Below, in pieces: positions 15,995 through 24,896 of a stretch of DNA of 32,000 nucleotides. Numbering within the stretch: position 1 is the stretch's first letter; every line of letters begins with the position of its first letter. The stretch covers positions 60,001 through 92,000 of the forward strand of contig NZ_SODD01000003.1 of NCBI RefSeq assembly GCF_004365815.1. The letters are read 5' to 3'. The position numbers were made by a program, and so were the translations under genes. This stretch comes from Breznakia blatticola. GTDB taxonomy: Bacteria; Bacillota_I; Bacilli_A; Erysipelotrichales; Erysipelotrichaceae. The notes beneath the pieces are model-generated. The model saw only the letters and a list, made by a program, of their open reading frames with translations, was not told the DNA's origin and searched no databases.

Positions 15995-16777
15995 CTACTT
16001 CAATTCAAATACTTCTTTTATCGTTTGGATAACTGCTAGTTCATCGTTACTACCAATTACATGTTTTGCAACTTTTTTTACTGGTTCTACAGCATTTGCA
16101 ACTGCATAACTTTCACCTGCATTTTTAAGCATTTCATAATCATTCATATAATCACCAAATGCCATTGTCTCTTCTTTAGAAATATGTAGTAATTCTTGCA
16201 GTTTTTGCAGGGCTTTTCCTTTATTTAAGTCCTTAGCAAACACATCAATAAAGTCAGATCCAGAATAAACAACTGTATAGTTTTCTTTATATGGTGCAAG
16301 TTCCTTTGCAAAACTTTCTGCATTTCCATCGGGCAAATAAATAGAGATTTCAAGAATTTCATCATCAACCAAGCATAAATCATCAACCATTTCCACAGCA
16401 GGAAAGTGATGCTCTAAAATTGGCAAGGCAAAAGCAAATTCCTTTTCAATGTATGCCATCTTTAAACCCGAAGCAACTAAACAATATCGTCCATCAATGT
16501 ATGCACGTATGCTTTGAATTACTGATGTATCTGTTGTTTCCAAATGAATGATTTTTCCTTTGTGACAAATAACCGCTCCATTTTCTGCAATAATTGTAAG
16601 CTCAGAAAAAATCTTTTTAAAATCTCGTTTTAATGAGCCTAGTGACCTACCTGTCGCAATTCCACAATATACACCCTTATCCAATAATTGTTTGAAGATT
16701 CCATCTACTTCACTAGGAATCTCAAAATTTGATTTTACGAGCGTCCCATCCATGTCGCTCAAAACTAGTTTTATCAT
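15995..16777 (-). CDS. Cof-type HAD-IIB hydrolase (sugar-phosphate phosphatase-like), copy 1
   Basis: LVLSDMDGTL, GIATGRS, AFGDYMNDYEML. The start is set to ATG 16777 (MIKLVLSD..., GAGGTG upstream). An extended -10 TGCTATACT lies at 16806..16814. Confidence 0.85.
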   Translation of the reverse strand: MIKLVLSDMDGTLVKSNFEIPSEVDGIFKQLLDKGVYCGIATGRSLGSLKRDFKKIFSELTIIAENGAVICHKGKIIHLETTDTSVIQSIRAYIDGRYCLVASGLKMAYIEKEFAFALPILEHHFPAVEMVDDLCLVDDEILEISIYLPDGNAESFAKELAPYKENYTVVYSGSDFIDVFAKDLNKGKALQKLQELLHISKEETMAFGDYMNDYEMLKNAGESYAVANAVEPVKKVAKHVIGSNDELAVIQTIKEVFELK

Positions 16778-16854
16778 AAACACCTCATCTATAATCATCT
16801 TCACTAGTATAGCATGAAACACAAAAGAACTCTTACTTCCTTATCATATTCATT

Positions 16855-16882
16855 AAAAAAGACTGACTACCTAAGTAATCAG
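16855..16882 (-). terminator. intrinsic terminator of nifJ
   Basis: Minus-strand RNA CTGATTAC-ttag-GTAGTCAG followed by TCTTTTTT. Confidence 0.7.
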
Positions 16883-16903
16883 CCCTTTACGCGTTATAGA
16901 ATA

Positions 16904-19900
16904 TTATTCAAATTCAGCTAATCCAGTTAAACGACGGAAACGTTTTTCAGCATCACTTCTAGTTTTAGCAAACGCAGCTTCTGCGTGTTCTTCACCAGTA
17001 AGTTTTAATAATGCAGAGTAACGAGTTTCATTCATAATAAATGTTTGGAACTTGTCGAAGTCTGGGTTTTTGAAGTCAATTTGTAATGGTTTTTCTAGGC
17101 GTGGATCGAAACGATATAATGGCCAGTAACCACATTCAACTGCAGCTTTTTGTGTTTTTTGGTGATTCATTAATCCACCTTTAATTCCGTGTTCAATACA
17201 TGGAGAGTAAGCGATAATTAATGAAGGTCCTTGGTAAGCTTCAGCTTCTTTAATTGCTTTTAATGTTTGGATCTTGTTAGCTCCCATTGCGATACTTGCA
17301 ACATATACATGTCCGTATGCCATAGCGATTTGTCCAAGATCTTTCTTAGCAGTTTGTTTACCACCAGCAGCGAATTTCGCAATACTTGCAGCTTGACTTG
17401 CTTTACTTGATTGTCCACCAGTGTTTGAGTAAACCTCAGTGTCAAGAACTAAGATGTTAACGTTTAATGCGTTAGCGATAACGTGGTCAAGTCCACCGTA
17501 TCCGATGTCATATGCCCATCCATCTCCACCAACGATCCAAATTGATTTGCCAACTAGGTCACGTTCGTAGTTTAATAATTCTTTAACTGCATCGTTTTTA
17601 CTTGCTTTTACACCAGCAACGATTGCATCTTTACAAGCACGTTGTGCATCACGGTTATCGTTAGCATCAATGTATGCTTGGAATGCTTCTTTTAATTCAG
17701 GTTCAACATCGTTGATGTTTTTTTCCATGATATCAAGGATTGTTCCTTCTTTGAATGTTTGTGCAAGCGCCATACCATATCCGTATTCAGCGTTGTCTTC
17801 AAATAGTGAGTTTGCCCATGCAACCCCTTCACCGTTTTTGTCAGCGATGAATGGTGTAGATGGAGTAGATCCACAGTAGATTGAAGAACATCCAGTAGCG
17901 TTAGCTACCATCATGTCTTTACCGTAAAGTTGAGAAATCAAACGGTAGTAAGGAGTTTCCCCACAACCTGGACATGATCCACTTACTTCGAAGTAAGGAG
18001 TCATGAATTGACTTTCTTTTACAGCGTTTGTTTCGTAGTAACCTAATTTAGGTTCAGTTTCTTTGTATAAGTAGTCAGCTAAAGGAGCTTCTGGTAATAC
18101 TTCGTGAATATCAACCATTTCAAGTGCTTTGTTTCCACCTTTACCTGGACATTCTACAGCACAAAGTCCACAACCAACACAGTTGTCTGGTGAAACTTGA
18201 ATGCGGTATTGGAATTCTTCAACACCTTTACCCATTGGCGTAATTGTTGTGAATTCTTGTGGTGCATTTTTAATGTCTTCTTCTGTTAATAAGAATTGAC
18301 GGATTGTAGCATGTGGACATACGAATGAACAGAATCCACATTGGATACAGTTTTCAGAATGCCATTTTGGTACTTCCGTTGCAATTGTACGTTTTTCCCA
18401 GAAAGAAACATTGTTTCTCATTGATCCATCAAGTAGATCGTATTTAGTAAATGCAGATACTGGTAAGTCGTATCCCATTGCCATGTTAATTGGAGCAACG
18501 TGTTTGTCGAAGTATTCATCTCCAGTTGTAGATGTTAATGGATCTGATTTTAAATCTGCCCATGCTGGATCAACAGTAACTTCAACTAAACCGGCTTTAC
18601 CTTCATCGATTGCTTTGTAGTTCATTTCTACAACTTCATCACCTTTTTTACCGTATGATTTTTTAGCAGCTGCTTTCATTAAGTCAATTGCTTTGTCATA
18701 AGGCATAATGTTTTCGTTAAGTGCGAAGAATGCAGATTGTAAGATTGTGTTTGTACGACGTCCCATACCAATCTTAGCAGCGATTTCAGTAGCATCAATG
18801 ATGTAGAATTTCGCATGTTTTTTCGCCAATTGTACTTTAATACGGTTTGGCATTTGGTTAATAATATCTTCTTTCTTGAATGTTGTGTTAAGTAAGAATG
18901 TTCCTCCATCTTTTAATGAACGAAGTAAGTCATACTTGAACATGTATGCATCAAGTGAGCAAGAAATAAAGTCAGCTTGGTTAATGTAGTAAGTTGAACG
19001 GATTGGACTTGATCCAAAACGTAAGTGACTACGTGTAACCCCACCAGCTTTTTTAGAGTCATATGCAAAGTAAGCTTGTGCATATAAGTCTGTGTTATCA
19101 CCGATAATTTTAATTGAGTTTTTGTTTGCAGATACAGTTCCATCTGATCCTAGACCCCAGAATAAACATGAAGTGTAGTCACTAGCAACTTTAAAGTCTG
19201 CATCTTCAGTTAATGATAAGTTTGTTACATCATCAACGATACCAATTGTAAATTCTTCTTTTGGTGCATCTTTAGCTAGTTCATCGTATACAGCTTTAAT
19301 TTGACCTGCAGTTGTGTCTTTTGAACCTAATCCGTAACGTCCACCAATAATTGTGATGTCTTTACGGTCTTTTAATACAGATAATACATCTAAGTATAAT
19401 GGTTCTCTAGCACCCATTTCTTTTGTACGGTCAAGAACTGCAATGCTCTTAACTGAACTTGGAAGTGCATCTAAGAAATATTTTGCAGAGAATGGACGGT
19501 ATAAGTGAACTTTCATAAGTCCTACTTTTTCTCCATTTTTGTTCATTGTATCAATTGTTTCTTGAATTGTTTCAGTTACTGAACCCATTGCGATAATGAT
19601 ACGTTCTGCATCTTCAGCACCATAGTAAGTAAATGGAGCGTAGTTACGTCCAGTTTGTTTACTGAATGCTTTCATGTAATCAGCTACGATATCTGCGATT
19701 GCAGCGTAGTGTTCGTTTTGTGCTTCTCTTCCTTGGAAGAAAATGTCATCGTTTTCTGCACCACCACGAGTCACAGGGTTAGTGTGTGGGTTTAATGCAT
19801 TTTGACGGAAGCGTTCTAATGCTTCTGTATCTAATTGTGATTTTAAGAAATCATAGTCCATTGTTTCAATTTTTTGAATTTCATGAGATGTTCTGAATCC

Positions 19901-20416
19901 ATCAAAGAAGTGGATAAATGGAACTGATCCTTTAATTGCAGCCAAGTGTGCAAGTCCACTTAAGTCCATTGCTTCTTGCACAGAGTGTGAAGCAAGAATT
20001 GCACATCCGATTTGACGACATGCGTAAACATCTTGGTGATCTCCAAAAATATTAAGTGCACGACTCGCTAAAGCACGAGCAGCAACGTGGATTACACCTG
20101 GTAATAATTCCCCAGTCATTTTGTAAATGTTTGGGATCATTAACAATAAACCTTGTGAAGCAGTGTATGTAGTTGACAACGTTCCACCCTGAAGCGCACC
20201 GTGTACTGCACCAGCAGCACCAGCTTCTGATTGTAACTCACTTACTTTCACTTTTTGTCCAAATACGTTTTCTTTACCTTGTGTTGACCAAGCGTCAGTC
20301 ACTTCAGCCATAGGTGAAGAAGGCGTAATTGGGTAAATTCCAGCAACTTCAGTAAGAGCGTATGACCCATATGCAGCAGCTGTATTTCCGTCCATAGACA
20401 CGAAATTTTTTGCCAT
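16904..20416 (-). CDS. nifJ: pyruvate:ferredoxin (flavodoxin) oxidoreductase, single-polypeptide PFOR
   Basis: About 1170 aa. Starts MAKNFVSMDGNTAAAYGSYALTEVAGIYPITPSSPMAE. Two ferredoxin-type clusters (CIQCGFCSFVCP, CVGCGLCAVECP) and a TPP-binding GGDGWAYDIGYGGLDH. The start is set to ATG 20416 (SD AGGAGGA), because the track start at 20449 has no SD. Confidence 0.95.
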   Translation of the reverse strand: MAKNFVSMDGNTAAAYGSYALTEVAGIYPITPSSPMAEVTDAWSTQGKENVFGQKVKVSELQSEAGAAGAVHGALQGGTLSTTYTASQGLLLMIPNIYKMTGELLPGVIHVAARALASRALNIFGDHQDVYACRQIGCAILASHSVQEAMDLSGLAHLAAIKGSVPFIHFFDGFRTSHEIQKIETMDYDFLKSQLDTEALERFRQNALNPHTNPVTRGGAENDDIFFQGREAQNEHYAAIADIVADYMKAFSKQTGRNYAPFTYYGAEDAERIIIAMGSVTETIQETIDTMNKNGEKVGLMKVHLYRPFSAKYFLDALPSSVKSIAVLDRTKEMGAREPLYLDVLSVLKDRKDITIIGGRYGLGSKDTTAGQIKAVYDELAKDAPKEEFTIGIVDDVTNLSLTEDADFKVASDYTSCLFWGLGSDGTVSANKNSIKIIGDNTDLYAQAYFAYDSKKAGGVTRSHLRFGSSPIRSTYYINQADFISCSLDAYMFKYDLLRSLKDGGTFLLNTTFKKEDIINQMPNRIKVQLAKKHAKFYIIDATEIAAKIGMGRRTNTILQSAFFALNENIMPYDKAIDLMKAAAKKSYGKKGDEVVEMNYKAIDEGKAGLVEVTVDPAWADLKSDPLTSTTGDEYFDKHVAPINMAMGYDLPVSAFTKYDLLDGSMRNNVSFWEKRTIATEVPKWHSENCIQCGFCSFVCPHATIRQFLLTEEDIKNAPQEFTTITPMGKGVEEFQYRIQVSPDNCVGCGLCAVECPGKGGNKALEMVDIHEVLPEAPLADYLYKETEPKLGYYETNAVKESQFMTPYFEVSGSCPGCGETPYYRLISQLYGKDMMVANATGCSSIYCGSTPSTPFIADKNGEGVAWANSLFEDNAEYGYGMALAQTFKEGTILDIMEKNINDVEPELKEAFQAYIDANDNRDAQRACKDAIVAGVKASKNDAVKELLNYERDLVGKSIWIVGGDGWAYDIGYGGLDHVIANALNVNILVLDTEVYSNTGGQSSKASQAASIAKFAAGGKQTAKKDLGQIAMAYGHVYVASIAMGANKIQTLKAIKEAEAYQGPSLIIAYSPCIEHGIKGGLMNHQKTQKAAVECGYWPLYRFDPRLEKPLQIDFKNPDFDKFQTFIMNETRYSALLKLTGEEHAEAAFAKTRSDAEKRFRRLTGLAEFE

Positions 20417-20653
20417 TTTGTTATGTCCTCCTTTAAACAGTCTTAGCATAAACCATTATAGTACTAATTAGTCGAAAAAAAAAGGGCTTTCCACGTTTTT
20501 GTTGAATGTAGAACCCATTTGCGAAAACCTTCACAAAGTTAGTATTCATCTAACTTTATGCTATTTTTTCACATTTTTGAAAAGGGTTTCAAAAAAACTG
20601 CCGTGATAGAAGCTCCTTTTTACTTATGTTATATTAAGATATCTCTAGAACGC

Positions 20654-20678
20654 AAATCTTGTTTCACCGTTTTTCAAG
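20654..20678. repeat. 25-bp direct repeat, left copy (orphan duplicate of the 3' end of the PfkB-like gene)
   Basis: AAATCTTGTTTCACCGTTTTTCAAG, 24/25 identical to 21961..21985. Confidence 0.9.
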
Positions 20679-20684
20679 ATACAC

Positions 20685-21086
20685 TTATGAATGAATGACT
20701 TTTATATCTGGTTCATAAGTTGTCAATATATCGATTACATCATCAATAGTAACTATAACTATATGTATAATTTCATCGACTGTATATATTCCACAACTTT
20801 CTTTTTCTAACCAAGATGCAAATGATGAATTTTCTACTTTGTAAAATGGCCAGTTTGAAAAATAGTATCGATCATTTTGTAATTTTTGATTTGCCATAAT
20901 TGTATTAATACGTTGTCCTTCATCTACATTTCTAAGTCCTAGTACAATTCCATTAAATAATATTTCTACTAGCATTTCCTCTTTTCGTAAAACTATCTTT
21001 GTATGTTTCGTATTTTGAACCAATTCATCAACTACATAACTACCTTTTTCGATTGACACAGGTGACCATTTTATCCATTTTTCCAT
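20685..21086 (-). CDS. hypothetical cytoplasmic protein (133 aa), islet gene 2
   Basis: ORF with SD GGAGA 6 nt before ATG 21086 (MEKWIKWSPVS...). No TM segment, signal peptide or recognisable motif. Confidence 0.6.
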   Translation of the reverse strand: MEKWIKWSPVSIEKGSYVVDELVQNTKHTKIVLRKEEMLVEILFNGIVLGLRNVDEGQRINTIMANQKLQNDRYYFSNWPFYKVENSSFASWLEKESCGIYTVDEIIHIVIVTIDDVIDILTTYEPDIKVIHS

Positions 21087-21181
21087 AAACTTTCTCCAAT
21101 CATTAAACAATCTTGATTACTCTATAAATCCAATCATTTTTAGTCTTACAGAAAACAAAAGTGCGAAGTCAAAGTAATCCA

Positions 21182-21703
21182 TTAGTTTGATATGCTTCCT
21201 TCAATGCCACCCGTTTCAGTTATAGCGTTGAGCACATGATACATCATACCTAAGAGAAATTTGTCAATCTTATTATCCTTATCTGATAACTCTTTAAAGA
21301 AAATCCCCTTTTTAGTTTTTAAATAAACTCTAACATTGTCACTATTGTAAAAGTCTGTTTTGTCTGTTTTTTTCATATATGGTAGAACTTGATGACTACT
21401 AATCAAAACTGATTGCATTGCGCGCATTACAGGATTTCTTTCCTCTAACCCCACAACAACAGAACCACTACCATGATATAAATGTGTATTCAGTCCAAAA
21501 ACAAGGGCTAAACTTTGTGTTTGAAATCCTACAATACCACTTTCAATAGGAATGTCAAAAACTGCAATATACACTTGCTCATCATTATCAAGTCTTAAAT
21601 TCATATCTTCATTTGTATACTGTAGAACCTGATCTCTATTGGCGATATATGTTGGACTCACGTTTAAACCTTCTACAAATTCAAAAATACTTTCTTTACT
21701 CAT
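21182..21703 (-). CDS. hypothetical cytoplasmic protein (173 aa), islet gene 1
   Basis: ORF with strong SD GAGGAGGAG before ATG 21703 (MSKESIFEFVEG...). No recognisable motif. Confidence 0.6.
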   Translation of the reverse strand: MSKESIFEFVEGLNVSPTYIANRDQVLQYTNEDMNLRLDNDEQVYIAVFDIPIESGIVGFQTQSLALVFGLNTHLYHGSGSVVVGLEERNPVMRAMQSVLISSHQVLPYMKKTDKTDFYNSDNVRVYLKTKKGIFFKELSDKDNKIDKFLLGMMYHVLNAITETGGIEGSISN

Positions 21704-21797
21704 AATACTCCTCCTCATTCATATGTATAACTCTATTATCGTTGGAAATGTTCTTATATTTATATTATTAACCAAATCAGCATTACCTCCACATATT

Positions 21798-21846
21798 AAA
21801 AAAGTGCAAAGTAAAATAACAAACGTTTTGCTTCTTAACTTCGCAC
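21798..21846 (-). terminator. intrinsic terminator between the PfkB-like gene and the islet genes
   Basis: Minus-strand RNA GTGCGAAGT (21846..21838) pairs with ACTTTGCAC (21812..21804), 9 bp with one G-U and a 25-nt loop, followed by TTTTTT. Confidence 0.55.
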
Positions 21847-21960
21847 ACATAATATACACACTCTAACATATAATATACGTTAATTTCTATATATCTTTAT
21901 CTTCAGCATTTCATTTCCAGCTATGCCTGATTTTTATTCAGCTTTTATAAATAGCACCAT

Positions 21961-21985
21961 AAATCTTGTTTCATCGTTTTTCAAG
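21961..21985. repeat. 25-bp direct repeat, right copy (covers the last 4 codons, the stop and 10 nt of 3' UTR of the PfkB-like gene)
   Basis: AAATCTTGTTTCATCGTTTTTCAAG. Its minus-strand reading is CTT GAA AAA CGA TGA + AACAAGATTT. Confidence 0.9.
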
Positions 21986-22870
21986 TTTTCCACAAACGAT
22001 TTTGCTTTTGATTTGTTCTACAGTGTCCTTGCTACCTGCAAAGATTCCGCTACTTAAGCTACTTGCCACATTACGCGCAAGACACTCTTGAATAAAGCGT
22101 GTAATATCTCCTTCATTTTCGTAGCATATTGCAATACCTGATGCAATCGCACCTAGATAACTTTGATTACTTTCATCTTTAACTGCACATGAACCATAGT
22201 ACATTTGATTTTCAACACTCACGATAATGCGATTGTTTTTCATTGCAAGTACGATAATTCGTGCGTATTTATGTAGCTCAGTTGTAAGTGCTTGAATCTT
22301 ATCCTGATCCAAAGCATCAATTTCGTATATATGTGCAAGTTCATCAAAGTCAAATACAAGTACATTGTAATATACATCTTGATGTACAACTTTCTCTACA
22401 GGTAATACACCTACAAGAATATCGACATGCTCTTTACACATTTGACTTAAATACTCTAATTGATTTGTGCTTGCATCTTGGCCATCACAAATAATTGCGA
22501 TATCACTTTTTTGTAACTTACTTTGTGCAAGCATACGATACAGTTGCATCTGTGAACCATCTAGTTCCATTTCATGTTCTGTCATGCTATGCAGCAATGT
22601 ATCATCTTCATACATCGATACTTGTAATTTATTGTGAGCAGTAATTTCTAGAACTTCAGTGTTAGCAATATCTACAAATTTGGTGGCATCACTAGCTAAC
22701 ATCATCATTTGTTTGCATGCAAGCCCTTCTTGCTGTATGTATGATTGACATTGCAAACCATCACCCATCACTTGATAGGTAATATGTTCACTATAAAACT
22801 GTCCATCTTCATCTGTTTTTCCACGTACTACTTTTTGTAGGTATGGATATAAGGATAAGATTTGTATCAT
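21971..22870 (-). CDS. PfkB/1-phosphofructokinase-like protein with degenerate catalytic motifs (family call by eye)
   Basis: 299 aa. The ATG overlaps the nnr stop (ATGA), with SD GGAGGAA. The layout resembles PfkB sugar kinases (MIQILSLYPYLQKVV.., ..IIVLAMKNNRIIV.., ..NQSYLGAIASGIAICYENEG..), but GGKG and GAGD signatures are not conserved. Confidence 0.45.
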   Translation of the reverse strand: MIQILSLYPYLQKVVRGKTDEDGQFYSEHITYQVMGDGLQCQSYIQQEGLACKQMMMLASDATKFVDIANTEVLEITAHNKLQVSMYEDDTLLHSMTEHEMELDGSQMQLYRMLAQSKLQKSDIAIICDGQDASTNQLEYLSQMCKEHVDILVGVLPVEKVVHQDVYYNVLVFDFDELAHIYEIDALDQDKIQALTTELHKYARIIVLAMKNNRIIVSVENQMYYGSCAVKDESNQSYLGAIASGIAICYENEGDITRFIQECLARNVASSLSSGIFAGSKDTVEQIKSKIVCGKLEKR

Positions 22871-24366
22871 CTATGTTCCTCCAATTTCCGTAATACTTGT
22901 TGTATTTCTTTTAATACATCTGTTGGTAATAACGAGAATACGCTTTTTCGTTTTTTCACTCGATCTCCAGCATATGCATGTAAAAATACACCCAGTACTG
23001 CAGCTTTTGCAGCATCTTCATTTTGTGCATACAAACCAGTAATACAACCAGCAAGCACATCACCACTTCCACCTTTTGCCAAGCCATTATTTCCATAGGT
23101 GTTAATCCATACTTCATCTTTATGGAAAATCAGTGTTGTTTCACTTTTTAAAACAAGTGTTGCCTTTGGAAATTTCTCCATAAATTTCTTACCCCAATAA
23201 AGAAAATCATCAATCACTTCTTTCGTGGTAATATTCATAATATCTGCGAATTCTTTTGGATGTGGTGTCAATATTACATGCTCACGGTCCGTATAATGAT
23301 CTTGAATTTGACGGAATGCCCATAGACCATCCGCATCAATAATTAATGGTTTTTTACTATCAAGAAGCATTTTTACCATATCAACCACAGCTTCACTTCG
23401 TCCAATCCCACAACCAACTAAGATTACACTGTATGGATCTAGTTGTGCTTGTAGTTCATCGACTGCTTTAGGTGCAATAATACCTGCTACATCTGATAAA
23501 GGAATAATCATTGATTCAAATACATTGGTCGCAATCACTTCACGTACACTTTCCGGTACAGCACAAGTCATCATTCCAGCACCACTACGTAATGCACTTA
23601 AACTAGCCATTGTGATTGCTCCACTCATGTGGATACTTCCACCAACACATAATACCTTTCCATAATCTGCTTTATTGGAATGCATAAAACGATCTGGTAG
23701 GAAATCTACCATTTCTTTCTTGGCAATCAAATGCGTTTTAGGGTGAATCGATTGTATATACATCTCAGGAATTCCGATATCAAGGATATGGACATTTCCT
23801 GCATGCAATCGCCCTGGATAAATATATAAACCGATTTTCCCAGTTTGTAAGGTATAGGTTTCGTGAGCTTGTACAGCAACACCCAACACCTTACCTGTTG
23901 CACTATCTACTCCACTAGGAATATCCACTGCAATAATGCGTTTTTCTGATGCATTCATCTGCTCGATTACATCTTTATATGTACCTTGAATGTCACGATC
24001 CAAACCCGTACCAAAAACACAATCCACAAGCACTGTTGCCTCCTCAAATATATCGATAAATGGTACACCTGCAACGACACATGACTCGCGATTCATGCGT
24101 GTTTCTAAACTTAATTTCGTTGTTTCTAGCGGAAAGATAAATACGTCATAGTCTGCTGCATAAAGTAGACGACTAAGCACATAGCCATCTCCTCCATTAT
24201 TCCCTCCTCCACACACAATGACAATCTTTTCCGTTTTCTCAACGTTTTGCACGAAAGCTTCAAATAGTGCATTCCCTGCTTGTTCCATCAATTGAAGACT
24301 TGGAATTCCCCCATCAATAGCCATTTGGTCAACTTCATGCATTTGCTTTCCTGTAAGTATTTGCAT
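22867..24366 (-). CDS. nnr: bifunctional NAD(P)H-hydrate repair enzyme Nnr (NnrE epimerase + NnrD ADP-dependent dehydratase; YjeF)
   Basis: About 499 aa. The N-terminal YjeF_N part is ILTGKQMHEVDQMAIDGGIPSLQLMEQAG...CGGGNNGGDGYV. The C-terminal kinase-fold part is ..LAKGGSGDVLAGCITGLYAQ.. The start is set to ATG 24366 (MQILTGKQM). Confidence 0.9.
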   Translation of the reverse strand: MQILTGKQMHEVDQMAIDGGIPSLQLMEQAGNALFEAFVQNVEKTEKIVIVCGGGNNGGDGYVLSRLLYAADYDVFIFPLETTKLSLETRMNRESCVVAGVPFIDIFEEATVLVDCVFGTGLDRDIQGTYKDVIEQMNASEKRIIAVDIPSGVDSATGKVLGVAVQAHETYTLQTGKIGLYIYPGRLHAGNVHILDIGIPEMYIQSIHPKTHLIAKKEMVDFLPDRFMHSNKADYGKVLCVGGSIHMSGAITMASLSALRSGAGMMTCAVPESVREVIATNVFESMIIPLSDVAGIIAPKAVDELQAQLDPYSVILVGCGIGRSEAVVDMVKMLLDSKKPLIIDADGLWAFRQIQDHYTDREHVILTPHPKEFADIMNITTKEVIDDFLYWGKKFMEKFPKATLVLKSETTLIFHKDEVWINTYGNNGLAKGGSGDVLAGCITGLYAQNEDAAKAAVLGVFLHAYAGDRVKKRKSVFSLLPTDVLKEIQQVLRKLEEHR

Positions 24367-24382
24367 ATGGCTATTATACAAC

Positions 24383-24407
24383 AAAAAAGAGGCAATATGC
24401 CCCTCTT
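24383..24407 (-). terminator. weak intrinsic terminator after the 140-aa hypothetical gene
   Basis: Minus-strand RNA AAGAGG-ggcatattg-CCTCTT followed by TTTTG. Confidence 0.45.
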
Positions 24408-24410
24408 GTT

Positions 24411-24830
24411 CTACTTACTTATATAATTGCACCAATTTGTTTGCATCATGTAAGCCAAATGTTTGCTACTATAAAGCATCTCTTTTGCTCCATCGATCAT
24501 CACAAAGAACTGTACAACTTCTCCTTCATAGTAAAACTTCACTTCTATTTTATAGTGTTTTTTCTTTACTTGAAAATCATCCATTTGCACTTTGTAATAT
24601 ACAAAAGATTCATTTCCATCAATACTAGCTAAAACCATTTTATCTGGTCCAACCACAAGTTTATATGGTCTTTCTTCATAATATGAAGATTGATGATCTT
24701 GTTGCATCACAAATGATAACAGGCTTTTCTTTTTACCAAAGGTACGAAAAGCAATCATCGTATTTTGATTTGGTTCTATTTCATGAGATTGTGCAAAGAC
24801 TTCCATGTCTTTTTCTGTTGGTAGTTGCAT
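24411..24830 (-). CDS. hypothetical protein (about 139 aa)
   Basis: ORF. SD AAGGAG is followed by tandem ATGs at 24833 and 24830, and I chose the better-spaced one. No recognisable motif. Confidence 0.55.
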   Translation of the reverse strand: MQLPTEKDMEVFAQSHEIEPNQNTMIAFRTFGKKKSLLSFVMQQDHQSSYYEERPYKLVVGPDKMVLASIDGNESFVYYKVQMDDFQVKKKHYKIEVKFYYEGEVVQFFVMIDGAKEMLYSSKHLAYMMQTNWCNYISK

Positions 24831-24896
24831 CATATACTCCTTATCTATATATAGTATAGTCACATGCAACTATAAAACAACAGTTCTTCCTAGGAT

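Noticed and set aside
15173-16777. Tandem Cof-type HAD genes, and the two GH1 genes (26287..27789, 30593..32000), as something unusual
   Set aside because: This is ordinary tandem or local paralogy common in sugar-utilisation regions of Bacillota. The catalytic motifs are intact in all copies.
20417-20449. N-terminal extensions offered by the ORF track (nifJ MLRLFKGGHNK-; likewise 7294..7299, 15986..15994, 16778..16822, 21087..21110, 21704..21718, 24367..24384, 24831..24869, 26288..26332, 30358..30360)
   Set aside because: They begin at non-ATG or SD-less codons. A well-spaced SD plus ATG lies just downstream in most cases, and for nnr, which has no SD, the family N-terminus fixes the start. 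Where a family is recognisable, its N-terminus starts at the downstream Met.
20445-20592. Possible structured attenuator leader for nifJ: hairpin AAAGTTAG-N7-CTAACTTT at 20535..20557, a terminator-like GGGTTC...GAAAGCCC plus T9 at 20516..20475, and an 8-nt long-range complement AGCATAAA/TTTATGCT
   Set aside because: There is a simpler reading. The T9 hairpin terminates the upstream (islet/pfkB-like) transcription unit, and nifJ starts from the consensus TATAAT at 20460..20455 just after it. The only upstream promoter I could build (TTGAAA-18-TGaAAAAAT) is weak.
21157-21819. The repeated AAAAGTGC(A/G)AAGT motif read as integron-like cassette boundaries (attC)
   Set aside because: The motif is only about 20 nt. 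At 21800..21819 it is simply the 3' arm (plus T-run) of a terminator hairpin. The second copy lacks a partner arm. No integrase or attI-like context is present. I kept it only as supporting detail in the islet finding.
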